From Actinomycetes bacterium (GTDB lineage Bacteria; Actinomycetota; Acidimicrobiia; Acidimicrobiales; Bog-793), in assembly GCA_021798745.1 (NCBI GenBank), contig JAJZBW010000001.1:1188-65187 (forward strand): a DNA stretch of 64,000 bases. Reading direction: 5' to 3'. Positions 26,881-36,395 of the stretch are shown in pieces. The number at the start of each line of letters is the position of its first letter. Positions within the stretch are counted from its first letter, which is position 1. A program made the translations under genes and the position numbers. The notes beneath the pieces are model-generated. The model was given only the letters and a program-made list of their open reading frames with translations. It did not search any database and had not been told where the DNA came from.

Positions 26881-27978
26881 ATGGACCAAAACGACCTGGA
26901 CACCGTTCTCGGCAAGCTCGTGAAGGCCGAGGGGTCCGACCTTCACGTCAAGGCCGGCTCTCCGCCGCGCATGCGCGTGAACGGGATCCTTCGCCGCATG
27001 ACCGACCAGCGCGTCATCGACGGGGGCGACCTCGAGCTCCTCGCACGGGCGATCATGCACGAGCGCGTGTGGCAGCGGTTCGAGACGACCTCCGAGGCGG
27101 ACTTCGCGTACTCGGTGTCCCAGCTCGGCCGGTTCCGAGTGAACGCGTTCCGCCAGCGCGGGACCGTGTCCATGGTCTTCCGGCACGTCCGCCCGGGGAC
27201 GCAGATGCTCGCGGAGCTCGGGCTCCCCGACGCCGTGAGACGGCTCGCCGAGGAGCCGCGGGGGATCGTCCTCGTCACCGGTCCGACCGGGTGCGGCAAG
27301 ACGACGACGCTCGCCGCGATGATCGACCACCTGAACAAGACGCGCGAGTGCCACATCGTGACCATCGAGGACCCGATCGAGGTGCTCCACCGCGACAACC
27401 TCGCCTCGATAAGCCAGCGGGAGGTCGGGTTCGACACGGACAGCTTCAACGTCGCTCTGCGGTCCGCGCTCCGGGAGGACCCGGACGTGATCCTCGTCGG
27501 CGAGATGCGGGACCCGGAGACCGTGGAGACGGCGCTCACCGCGGCGGAGACGGGGCACCTCGTGCTCTCCACGCTCCACACGGGGGACTCGGTCGAGACG
27601 GTGAACCGGATCATCGACTTCTTCCCCCCGAGCCAGCAGCGACAGGCGCGCCTGTCGCTCGCGGGCGCCCTCCGGGGCACGATCTGCCAGCGTCTCGTGA
27701 CGACCGCGGACGGATCGGGTCGGGTGCCCGCGCTCGAGATCATGGTCGTGAACGGGCGGATCCAGCAGTGCATCGTCGAGCCCCAGCACACGAGCAACAT
27801 CGCCGAGATCGTCGCCGAGGGCGACTACTACGGGATGCAGACGTTCGCGCAGTCCCTCATCGGGCTGCTCCGCGAGGGGACGATCGACGTCGAGGCCGCG
27901 ATCGCGTCGGCTCCGAACTCTCACGACCTGCGCATCATGCTCCAGCGCCAGGGGATGGCCCAGTCCGTCCTCGGCTGA
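26881..27978 (+). CDS. PilT/PilU-family type IV pilus ATPase (PilU-like: lacks the AIRNLIRE motif)
   Basis: Walker A is GPTGCGKTT. The Asp/His boxes are present (DPDVILVGEMRD, TGHLVLSTLHT). At the position of the PilT signature it reads GRIQQCIVE. Confidence 0.88.
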   Translation: MDQNDLDTVLGKLVKAEGSDLHVKAGSPPRMRVNGILRRMTDQRVIDGGDLELLARAIMHERVWQRFETTSEADFAYSVSQLGRFRVNAFRQRGTVSMVFRHVRPGTQMLAELGLPDAVRRLAEEPRGIVLVTGPTGCGKTTTLAAMIDHLNKTRECHIVTIEDPIEVLHRDNLASISQREVGFDTDSFNVALRSALREDPDVILVGEMRDPETVETALTAAETGHLVLSTLHTGDSVETVNRIIDFFPPSQQRQARLSLAGALRGTICQRLVTTADGSGRVPALEIMVVNGRIQQCIVEPQHTSNIAEIVAEGDYYGMQTFAQSLIGLLREGTIDVEAAIASAPNSHDLRIMLQRQGMAQSVLG

Positions 27979-28036
27979 CGCCCGGCGGCTCCCGCCGTCT
28001 CGCCGCGGCGACGCGCCCGGCCTCGCGCGCTCGCGC

Positions 28037-28990
28037 TCACCCGAGCCACGCGTGCGCGAGGTCCCGGCCGAACAGGACCGCGGCGAGCGTGCCGAACGCG
28101 AGGAAGGGGCCGAACGCGATCCGCGTCTTGCGCGTGACGCGGCCGGCCGCGATCAGGACCACCGCGACGAGGCCCGCCGCGACGAACCCGACCACGAGAC
28201 CGACCGCCGCGACGCGGTAGCCGAGCCACCCGAGGAAGCTCCCGCAGAGAGCAGCGAGGCGCACGTCGCCGAAGCCGATCCCACGCGGCGACACGAGGAA
28301 CACGAGCCCGAGCAGAGCGAACCCGACCGCTCCGGCGACGGGCACACGGACGAGCCCGGACCAGTCGTGGGTTGCCGCAGCGGCGAGGAGCAGCAGAGGA
28401 AGGCCGACGGCCCCCGTCGTGACGACGATCGGGGTCGGCAGGCGGAAGCGCTCGAGGTCGACGACGGTCAGCGCGACGAGCCCTGCGGCGAGCACGCAGT
28501 ACGAGGGGGCCGCCCAGTGGGTGGGGACGCGTGCGACGACCGCGCCGAAAAGCACCGCCGTGGTCAGCTCCGTCGCCGGGTAGCGCAGGGGGATCGGCTC
28601 CGAGCACGACCGGCATCGGCCCCGGCGGAGCACGTAGGAGACGACGGGGACGTTGTCGACGGCGCGGATCGCCGTCCCGCACGACGGACAGCGCGACCCC
28701 GGTGACACGACGGACCGACCCTCGGGGACGCGGGCCGTCACGACCGTGAGGAACGAACCGACGACCAGCCCGAACACGCCGGCCACGACGACCGCGATCA
28801 CGACCGGGGCTCCGGGCGGGGCCGGGAGGAGATCGTGTTCAACCCGCGGCTCGGGGCTGCCGTCAAGATCACCAGGAGGCGCACCGTGTCCCTTGTTGTC
28901 GACCAGACGCCGAGCGTGCCGCGGCGACGCTACTACGCGTCGCGCCCGCCGGTCCTCACTCTCACGGCTGCTCTCCTGACGAGCGCGCAT
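28037..28990 (-). CDS. pilD: Prepilin peptidase / N-methyltransferase (A24 family)
   Basis: CPSCG...CRSC Zn-finger-like pairs are present. The catalytic Asp motifs are GFGDVRLAA and a C-terminal FGPFLAFG region. It has multiple TM segments, and about 55 aa of N-terminal extension comes from the only ATG. Confidence 0.85.
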   Translation of the reverse strand: MRARQESSRESEDRRARRVVASPRHARRLVDNKGHGAPPGDLDGSPEPRVEHDLLPAPPGAPVVIAVVVAGVFGLVVGSFLTVVTARVPEGRSVVSPGSRCPSCGTAIRAVDNVPVVSYVLRRGRCRSCSEPIPLRYPATELTTAVLFGAVVARVPTHWAAPSYCVLAAGLVALTVVDLERFRLPTPIVVTTGAVGLPLLLLAAAATHDWSGLVRVPVAGAVGFALLGLVFLVSPRGIGFGDVRLAALCGSFLGWLGYRVAAVGLVVGFVAAGLVAVVLIAAGRVTRKTRIAFGPFLAFGTLAAVLFGRDLAHAWLG

Positions 28991-29043
28991 CGGTCGCCCG
29001 CGCCGAGCCCCGGGGGGTCGCGCCGGGACGCGGAGCGCTGACG

Positions 29044-31581
29044 GTGGCGATGGCCGACGGGGACGTCGCGGAGGCGGGCTTCCCGGCGGTGTCGTTCGCG
29101 ACCGACGACGTCGACGCGACGCTGCTCGCCGAGGACATAGCGCGCGCGCGTGAGGCCGCGGTCCAGGCCGGCTTCGACTTCGTCGACCTCGAGCTGTTCG
29201 AGCTCGACCCGACCTCCGCGGACGTGCTGCCGGAGGACCGGGCGCGACGCGACCGTGCGGTCGCGGTCGGGTGGCGGTACGGCCTTCCCGTCGTGGCGGT
29301 CGCGAGCCCGGAGAACCTGTTCCTCCTCGACGACATCTACCTCGCCGCGGGACGTGACGTCCACATCGTCGTCGCGAGCGGCATCCAGATCGACCGGTGG
29401 ATCGAGCGTGTCTACGGGGGCTCGGCGCGCCGGTCCTCGTCGCCCGTCGCGTCCCCGCGTCGAGCCGCTCCCGCCGCGGGCCCCTCCGAGCTCGTCCCGA
29501 CGGGTTCGGACTCGATCGACGAGTGGACCGCCGCGGGGGCGGCCGCGCTCGTCGGGGACCTCACGACCTCCGACGCGGAGGAGCCCGCCCCGGATGACGG
29601 CGTCTCTGCCGGGGCGACGGGCCCGGAGACGGTCGAGGAGGACCTCTCCGACGCGGGCTCCCCCGGCGCGGGCGCTCCGGGCGCCGAGCTCCTCGACGGT
29701 GGCGTGCTCGCGGCGACCCCGCTCGACGCCGCCCCGCTCGACGTGACGCTCTCGATCGGCCTCCCCGTGCGAGGTGAGGGCGACACGGGCACCCCGCTCG
29801 GCCTCCTCGCGGCCTTCCCGGAGGGAGACCTCCCGGCCGCGCTGCTCGAGGAGCCCGAGGACCTCGTCGGGCCCGTCGACCTGAGCGGCCCGAAGCTCGC
29901 GCTCGGCGAGGTCCTCCTCGAGTCCGGGTCCATCAGCCCGGCGGACCTCGAGACCGCCGAGCGGCACCAGCAGTCCTCTGGCCGGGCGCTCCGGGAGATC
30001 ATCGCCGAGCTCGGCGTCGTGAACGAGGTGGACCTCCAGCGCGCCATCGCGAGAGTGGAGGGCGTCGAGTTCCTGGACCTCAACAGCTGGGCGATCGACC
30101 CGTCCGCGGCGAGCCTCCTCCCCGAGTCCCTCGCTCGCCGCTACCGGATCCTCGCGATCGGGTTCCGCGGCGATCGGCCGGTCATCGCGATGGTGAACCC
30201 GACGGACGTGTTCGCGCTGGACGACGTCCGGACGATGCTCGGGCGCGACGTCGTCACGGTCATCTGCACGGCGCGTCAGGTCGAGGAGTACCTGTCGCGC
30301 ACCTACCGGCACAGCGACGAGGCGAACGTCGCGGCTCGCAACGCGGCGCTCTCGGCCGCAGCGTCGGAGGCGACGCAGCTCGGGGAGCTCACGGACCTCC
30401 ACGCGGTCGTCGAGGACGCCCCGATCGTCAAGTTCGTGAACCTCATCTTGCGCCAGGCGCTGAACGAGCGCGCGTCGGACGTGCACATCGAGCCGACCTC
30501 GGACGACCTGCAGGTCCGCTTCCGGATCGACGGCGTCCTCCACGAGGTGACGAGCGCGCCGAAGGCGATCCAGGGCGGGGTCACCTCGCGCCTCAAGATC
30601 ATGGCGGACCTCGACATCGCGGAGCACCGTGTCCCCCAGGACGGGCGCCTCTCGCTCAACGCCGGTGGCCGCGAGATCGACCTTCGCGTCGCGACCCTCC
30701 CGACCGTGCACGGCGAGAAGGTCGTGCTGCGGGTCCTCGACAAGTCGACCGCCCCACTCGACCTCGCGCGCCTCGGCTTCCTCCCCGAGGTGCTCTCGCG
30801 CTACGAGGAGTGCTATCGCAAGCCATCGGGGACCATCCTCGTGACGGGCCCGACCGGGTCGGGCAAGTCCACGACCCTGTACGCGACCCTCAACAAGCTG
30901 AACAGCTCGGAGCGGAACCTCATCACGGTCGAGGACCCCGTCGAGTACCAGCTCCGCGGCGTGAACCAGGTCCAGGTGAACCCTCGCGCCGGGCTGAGCT
31001 TCGCGAGCGCGCTCCGGTCGATCCTGCGCTCGGACCCCGACGTCGTGCTCGTCGGGGAGATCCGGGACCGGGAGACGGCGACGATCGCCGTGGAGGCCGC
31101 CCTCACCGGCCACCTCGTGCTCTCGACGCTGCACACGAACGACGCCGCGAGCACCCCGCTCCGTCTCGTCGAGATGGGCGTCGAGCCGTTCCTCGTGTGC
31201 TCCGCTCTCGACTGCGTCCTCGCGCAGCGACTCGCTCGCCTCCTCTGCGACGTCTGCTCCGATCCCTACGAGCCGACCTCCCAGGAGCTCGTCGCCGCCC
31301 GCTGGGTGGAGGCGGACACCCCCGAGTCGGGCGATGTCCAGTTCCGCCGTGCCGTCGGATGCCAGGCCTGCAGCGGGACCGGGTACCGAGGCCGTCTCGC
31401 GATCCAGGAGGTGCTCCCTGTGACCGAGGAGGTCGAGCGGGCGATCCTCGCGCGGGCCTCGACCGAGGACATCAAGCGCCTTGCGATCTTCGAGGGGATG
31501 ACGACGATGCACCGGGACGGCCTGAGGAAGGCCGCCATGGGGCTCACGAGCCTGGAAGAGATCCTGAGGGTGGTCGTATGA
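29044..31581 (+). CDS. pilB: Type IV pilus assembly (extension) ATPase PilB/GspE family, long form (845 aa)
   Basis: Two T2SSE_N-like N-terminal domains are separated by an acidic, Pro-rich linker. Walker A is GPTGSGKSTT. The tetracysteine motif is CDVC...CQAC. Confidence 0.92.
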   Translation: MAMADGDVAEAGFPAVSFATDDVDATLLAEDIARAREAAVQAGFDFVDLELFELDPTSADVLPEDRARRDRAVAVGWRYGLPVVAVASPENLFLLDDIYLAAGRDVHIVVASGIQIDRWIERVYGGSARRSSSPVASPRRAAPAAGPSELVPTGSDSIDEWTAAGAAALVGDLTTSDAEEPAPDDGVSAGATGPETVEEDLSDAGSPGAGAPGAELLDGGVLAATPLDAAPLDVTLSIGLPVRGEGDTGTPLGLLAAFPEGDLPAALLEEPEDLVGPVDLSGPKLALGEVLLESGSISPADLETAERHQQSSGRALREIIAELGVVNEVDLQRAIARVEGVEFLDLNSWAIDPSAASLLPESLARRYRILAIGFRGDRPVIAMVNPTDVFALDDVRTMLGRDVVTVICTARQVEEYLSRTYRHSDEANVAARNAALSAAASEATQLGELTDLHAVVEDAPIVKFVNLILRQALNERASDVHIEPTSDDLQVRFRIDGVLHEVTSAPKAIQGGVTSRLKIMADLDIAEHRVPQDGRLSLNAGGREIDLRVATLPTVHGEKVVLRVLDKSTAPLDLARLGFLPEVLSRYEECYRKPSGTILVTGPTGSGKSTTLYATLNKLNSSERNLITVEDPVEYQLRGVNQVQVNPRAGLSFASALRSILRSDPDVVLVGEIRDRETATIAVEAALTGHLVLSTLHTNDAASTPLRLVEMGVEPFLVCSALDCVLAQRLARLLCDVCSDPYEPTSQELVAARWVEADTPESGDVQFRRAVGCQACSGTGYRGRLAIQEVLPVTEEVERAILARASTEDIKRLAIFEGMTTMHRDGLRKAAMGLTSLEEILRVVV

Positions 31582-31609
31582 ACCGGAGGGCTTCGGAGAA
31601 GGTGGCTGC

Positions 31610-33394
31610 ATGAGCATTGCAACGACACCGGTGTCGGAGTGGTCGCGGCGCCTCGCGGAGGCGCTCGTGTCGAACGGCCAGCTCGACGCGGAGGCGGCGC
31701 GTGCCGCGCTCGCGCGCTCGGCCTCGAGTGGGACACCCGTCGCCGTGCTGCTCTCTCGCGAGGGCCTCGTCGAGAGCTCCGAGTCGCTCGAGTGCCTCGC
31801 CGCGATCTCCGGGCTTCGCGCGGTGGACCTCGACAGGGACCCCCCGACGCTCGCCGCCGCCGCCGCCGTCCCGCTCGGCGTCGCCCGCTACCACCGGGCG
31901 ATCGGCCAACGGCTCGAGGACGGGTACCTCGTGCTCGCGTGCTCCGAGCCTCTCGCGGCGGACCACCTCCAGTCGATCGCATCGGCCATCGACTGCGGGA
32001 TCGCGGGGTGCGTCCTCGGCGACCCCATCGTGATCGACAGGCTCATCGCACACGCAGGCGCGCCGCCGAGCACGCGTGCCGCCGACGAGGAGGACACCGT
32101 GAAGCTGCTCACGCGCGCGTCGACCCGCGACGCCCCGTCACCGGCTCGTGCCGGATCGTTCGCCTCGGGGTCCGCCGACGACCTCTTCGGGAGCGGGTAC
32201 GTGCTCGCGGACCGTGAGGAGCCGTCCACCCGGGTCGTGCTCGACCTCGGCCCCGCGTCGCCCGAGCGGGCGCTGCCCGACGGGACCTCCCCGACGGACC
32301 GTCGCCCCGGACCGTTCGGACGCCCGTTCGCGAGCGACGTGAACGACCTCTTGACCTTCGCTGTCGAGCACGGCGCGTCCGACCTGCACCTCGCTGCCCG
32401 GTTCGCGCCCGCCGTGCGCATCGACGGTTCGATCCGCCCCATCGAGGACCTCGAGCCGATGGAGCCGCTCGCGCTCCGGGACATGATCTTCCAGATCCTT
32501 CCCCAGTCGGTCCGGGAGCGGTACGAGGCGACGAAGGAGCTCGACACCTCCTACGAGATCCCCGACCTCGGGAGGTTCCGGCTCAGCGTGTTCCAGCAGC
32601 GCGGAGCCGTCGGGGCGGTGTTCCGGACGATCCCCCCGACGATCCCGACGCTCGAGTCGCTCGGCCTGCCGAGAGCGCTCGCGTCCTTCGCGGAGCTCCG
32701 CCGAGGTCTTGTGCTCCTCACGGGCCCGACGGGGTCGGGCAAGTCCACGACCCTCGCCGCCGTCGTCGACCGCATCAACGCGACGAAGCCCCTCCACATC
32801 ATGACCGTCGAGGACCCGATCGAGTACCACCACGAGCACAAGCGCTCGATCGTGAACCAGAGGGAGATCGGCCAGGACACCTCGTCGTTCGCCGAGTGCC
32901 TCCGTCACGTCCTTCGCCAGGACCCCGACGTGATCCTCGTCGGCGAGATGCGCGACCTCGAGACCATCTCGACCGCCCTCACGGCGGCCGAGACGGGCCA
33001 CCTCGTGTTCGCGACTCTCCACACCCAGGACGCGCCGCAGACGATCGACCGGGTGATCGACGCGTTCCCGACGAACCAGCAGGACCAGGTGCGCGTGCAG
33101 CTCGCAGGCGCGCTCGAGGCTGTCGTGACCCAGCAGCTCGTCATCGCCGAGGGGGGCGTCGGGCGCGTGCCGGTCGCCGAGGTGATGGTGTGCACGCCCG
33201 CGATCCGGAACCTCATCCGGTCGGCGAAGACCCACCAGATCTACTCCCTCATGCAGACCGGCGGGTCGAGCGGGATGCAGACGATGGACCAGGCGCTCGC
33301 CGACGCGGTGCGGGACCGCAAGATCAGCGAGAACGTCGCGTTCGACCGGGCGCACGACCCGAAGCAGCTCCTCGACTACCTGAAGGGCTCGTGA
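31610..33394 (+). CDS. pilT: PilT-type retraction ATPase with an about 240-aa N-terminal extension containing a T2SSE_N-like domain
   Basis: The C-terminal 350 aa form a canonical PilT: GPTGSGKSTT, DPDVILVGEMRD and the signature PAIRNLIRS. The N-terminus resembles GspE/PilB N-domains (LAEALVSNGQLDAEAARAAL...VLACSEPL). Confidence 0.88.
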   Translation: MSIATTPVSEWSRRLAEALVSNGQLDAEAARAALARSASSGTPVAVLLSREGLVESSESLECLAAISGLRAVDLDRDPPTLAAAAAVPLGVARYHRAIGQRLEDGYLVLACSEPLAADHLQSIASAIDCGIAGCVLGDPIVIDRLIAHAGAPPSTRAADEEDTVKLLTRASTRDAPSPARAGSFASGSADDLFGSGYVLADREEPSTRVVLDLGPASPERALPDGTSPTDRRPGPFGRPFASDVNDLLTFAVEHGASDLHLAARFAPAVRIDGSIRPIEDLEPMEPLALRDMIFQILPQSVRERYEATKELDTSYEIPDLGRFRLSVFQQRGAVGAVFRTIPPTIPTLESLGLPRALASFAELRRGLVLLTGPTGSGKSTTLAAVVDRINATKPLHIMTVEDPIEYHHEHKRSIVNQREIGQDTSSFAECLRHVLRQDPDVILVGEMRDLETISTALTAAETGHLVFATLHTQDAPQTIDRVIDAFPTNQQDQVRVQLAGALEAVVTQQLVIAEGGVGRVPVAEVMVCTPAIRNLIRSAKTHQIYSLMQTGGSSGMQTMDQALADAVRDRKISENVAFDRAHDPKQLLDYLKGS

Positions 33395-33401
33395 GCGCGC
33401 C

Positions 33402-34634
33402 ATGTCCATGACGACGTACGAGTACCGGGTCCGCGACAACGCGGGCAAGGTCGTGAAGGGCAGGATCGACGCGGACAACAAGTCGCTCGTCGCGACACGG
33501 CTTCGCGAGATGGGGTACCTTCCCATCGAGATCAAGGCGACGTCCGCGCTCGACCTCCACCGGGACATCCGGATCCCGGGCCTGAGCGACCGGGTGAACC
33601 TGAAGGAGATCTCGGTGATGAGCCGCCAGCTCGCGACGATGGTCGCGTCGGGGCTCACTCTCGTGCGGGCGATCGCCGTGCTCTCCGCCCAGGTCGAGTC
33701 CAAGCCGCTCCGCACCGTGCTCGTCGCCGTGCGCAGCGACGTCGAGCACGGAAGCTCGTTCTCCGCCGCCCTCGCGAAGCACCCGAAGGTCTTCGACCGC
33801 CTCTACGTGTCCATGGTGCGCGCGGGCGAGGTCGGTGGGCAGCTCGACGTCGTGCTCTTGAAGCTCGCGTCCTCGATCGAGAAGCGGGTCGAGCTGCGCT
33901 CCAAGGTGCGCTCGGCGTTCACCTACCCGGTCGTCGTCGTGTGCGTCGTCGTGCTCGTGATCACCGCGATGATGCTGTTCGTCGTCCCGACCTTCAAGCA
34001 CCTCTACGGGAGCCTCCACGGCACGCTCCCGCTCCCGACGCGCATCGTCATCGGCATCTCGAGCGTCGTCGCGAGCGTCTGGGCGCTCGCGGTGGTCGCT
34101 GTCGTCGCCGGCGTCGTCCTCGCTGCCCGCTGGTGGGTGTCGACCGAGAAGGGGCGACTCACCTGGGATCGTGTCCGGCTCCGTGCACCCGTGTTCGGCC
34201 CGCTCATGTTGAAGGTCGGCCTCTCCCGCATGCTCGCGACCCTCGCGACCCTTCTCTCCTCGGGCGTCGGCATCATCGAGTCCCTCGAGATGGCCGCGGA
34301 CAACGTGAGCAACCGGATCGTGAGCAACGCGGCCCGCGGGGCGATCGTGGGCGTGCGCGACGGGCGCTCGCTCGCGTCGGCGCTCGCCGAGCACCCGGTC
34401 GTCCCCCCGATGGTCCTCCAGATGGTCGAGACCGGCGAGGAGTCGGGCGCGGTGAGCGACATGCTGGAGAAGGTCGCCCAGTTCTACGACAACGAGATCG
34501 ACGCGACGGTCGGGAGCCTCACGTCGCTCCTCGAGCCCGCGCTCATCGTGTTCATGGGCATCTGCATCGGAGCGATCGTCATCAGCCTCTACCTGCCGAT
34601 GTTCGACTACGTAAAGCTCCTCCAGCCGTCGTAA
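33402..34634 (+). CDS. pilC: Type IV pilus platform protein PilC (GspF family)
   Basis: It has two T2SSF repeats, three TM segments and the typical C-terminus (LLEPALIVFMGICIGAIVISLYLPMF). Confidence 0.92.
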   Translation: MSMTTYEYRVRDNAGKVVKGRIDADNKSLVATRLREMGYLPIEIKATSALDLHRDIRIPGLSDRVNLKEISVMSRQLATMVASGLTLVRAIAVLSAQVESKPLRTVLVAVRSDVEHGSSFSAALAKHPKVFDRLYVSMVRAGEVGGQLDVVLLKLASSIEKRVELRSKVRSAFTYPVVVVCVVVLVITAMMLFVVPTFKHLYGSLHGTLPLPTRIVIGISSVVASVWALAVVAVVAGVVLAARWWVSTEKGRLTWDRVRLRAPVFGPLMLKVGLSRMLATLATLLSSGVGIIESLEMAADNVSNRIVSNAARGAIVGVRDGRSLASALAEHPVVPPMVLQMVETGEESGAVSDMLEKVAQFYDNEIDATVGSLTSLLEPALIVFMGICIGAIVISLYLPMFDYVKLLQPS

Positions 34635-34685
34635 GGAGATGGGTCCGGTGCACCGTTGCGAAGGGCGTGAGAAGGGGCGGGCGAC

Positions 34686-36395
34686 ATGACGCGGCGAATC
34701 GGCATCGAGGTGACCGCCACCTCGGTGCGGGCTGTCGAGGTGGAGAGCGGCGGCGCGCGCTCGAAGGTGCTGTCGTTCGGGGAGGCGGCGCTCCCGAAGG
34801 GCGCGGTCGCCGACGGGGCGATCCTCGACCGCGCGGCCGTGAAGCGGACGGTCGCCTCCTGCCTCAAGAACGCCCACCTCGAGCGGCGGAGGTTCGGTGC
34901 CCCGCCCGAGGTGTGGCTCGCGGTCGCGGGCCTCCGGGCCATCAGCCGGGAGATCGTGATGCCGAGCGTCCCCGACGCGGACCTCGACGCGGCGGTCCGT
35001 CTGCAGGCGCTCGACATCATCCCGTTCCCCGAGGACGAGACCCTCCTGTCGGCACGGACCCTCGGGACCGTGACGTCCCCGGACGGGACCGAGCTCGTGC
35101 GGGTCCACCTCGCGGCTGCGCACCGGGCGCTCGTGGAGCCGTTCGTCGACGTGCTCGCCGAGTCCGGTCTCGTCGTGAAGGGCGTGGACCTCGCGTCGTC
35201 CGCCCTCGTGCGGGCGCTCGCGGGAGCGGACCTCGGGGTGGAGGCGATCGTCGCGATCGGCGCGGACCTCACGACCATCGTGATCCACGAGCACGGCGAG
35301 CCGCACTTCGTCCGGACGATCGCGGGCGGCGGGAACGCCGTGACTCGGGCCATCTCGGCGGCGCTCGACATCCCCGCGCCCGACGCGGAGCAGATAAAGA
35401 TCCGGCTCGGGTGGTCGCCGACCGACGCGGGGAGGCTCCCGGCGGAGGCCGTCGCTGCGGCGCGTGACGGCTCCGCCCCGCTTCTCGGGGAGATCCGGAG
35501 CTCGATCGACTACTTCGCGACGCTGCCCGGGCTCCCGGAGGTGTCACGTGTGCTCGTGACCGGCGGAGGCTCCCGGCTCGCGGGCTTCGTCGAGAGGCTC
35601 GAGTACCAGGTGCGCGTGCCCGTCACGACGGGGAGCTGGCTCGAGAACGTCGACACGGGACGCCTCGGCGTCGACCGCATCCACCTCGACACGGTCGGAG
35701 CGGTCGCCGCGGGCGCCGCCATGACGGAGCCCTCGGGTCGGAAGGCGCTCGACCTCCTCCCGCCCGAGGTCCTCGTCGAGCGACGCCGGGCGCGCACGAC
35801 GCGGGCGATCCAGAGCGCCGCAGTCGTGCTCGTCGTCGCGCTCGTCGCGGGCGGGGCGCTCCGCTTCCTCCAGGTCCGCAACGCCGAGCACGGCGTCGGG
35901 AACATCCAGGGCGAGATCTCGTACCTCGAGAGGCAGCTCCCCGCCTACGACAAGGTCCAGCAGCAGGACAACGCGATCCTCACGGACTCCCACATCGGGA
36001 TGCCGATCGTGAGCCACGAGGTGAACTGGCCTGCCGTGCTCGCCGCTCTCGCGCGGTACACGCCCTCGTCGGTCAGCGCGAGCGGCTTCTCGGGCTCGAC
36101 GACCGTCGCCCCGACGGCGGCGACGAGCGTGACGACCGGCCACCCGGTCGCTCCCCCGTCCGCCCTGCCCGCCGCGACCGACACGGTCGGGACGGTGAAC
36201 CTGTCCTTCTCCGCCCCCCAGTACCCCTCGTTCAAGGAGTGGTTCGACGCGATGGTCGCATCCGCGAGTTTCGAGATCGTCCAGTACTCCGGCGTGTCGA
36301 GCAGCGGGCACGGCGTCGACTTCACCGCGCAGCTCGCGGTGACGGGGAGGATCCACACGGACCGCCTCGCCGAGTTCGAGGTTCCGAAGCGATGA
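34686..36395 (+). CDS. pilM: PilM-PilN fusion protein (actin-like ATPase fold, then a TM and a PilN-like periplasmic domain)
   Basis: The N-terminal 350 aa are PilM-like (IGIEVTATSVRAVEV..., VLVTGGGSRLAGF). Then comes LDLLPPEVLVERRRAR, the TM AAVVLVVALVAGGAL, and about 200 aa beyond it. Confidence 0.85.
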   Translation: MTRRIGIEVTATSVRAVEVESGGARSKVLSFGEAALPKGAVADGAILDRAAVKRTVASCLKNAHLERRRFGAPPEVWLAVAGLRAISREIVMPSVPDADLDAAVRLQALDIIPFPEDETLLSARTLGTVTSPDGTELVRVHLAAAHRALVEPFVDVLAESGLVVKGVDLASSALVRALAGADLGVEAIVAIGADLTTIVIHEHGEPHFVRTIAGGGNAVTRAISAALDIPAPDAEQIKIRLGWSPTDAGRLPAEAVAAARDGSAPLLGEIRSSIDYFATLPGLPEVSRVLVTGGGSRLAGFVERLEYQVRVPVTTGSWLENVDTGRLGVDRIHLDTVGAVAAGAAMTEPSGRKALDLLPPEVLVERRRARTTRAIQSAAVVLVVALVAGGALRFLQVRNAEHGVGNIQGEISYLERQLPAYDKVQQQDNAILTDSHIGMPIVSHEVNWPAVLAALARYTPSSVSASGFSGSTTVAPTAATSVTTGHPVAPPSALPAATDTVGTVNLSFSAPQYPSFKEWFDAMVASASFEIVQYSGVSSSGHGVDFTAQLAVTGRIHTDRLAEFEVPKR

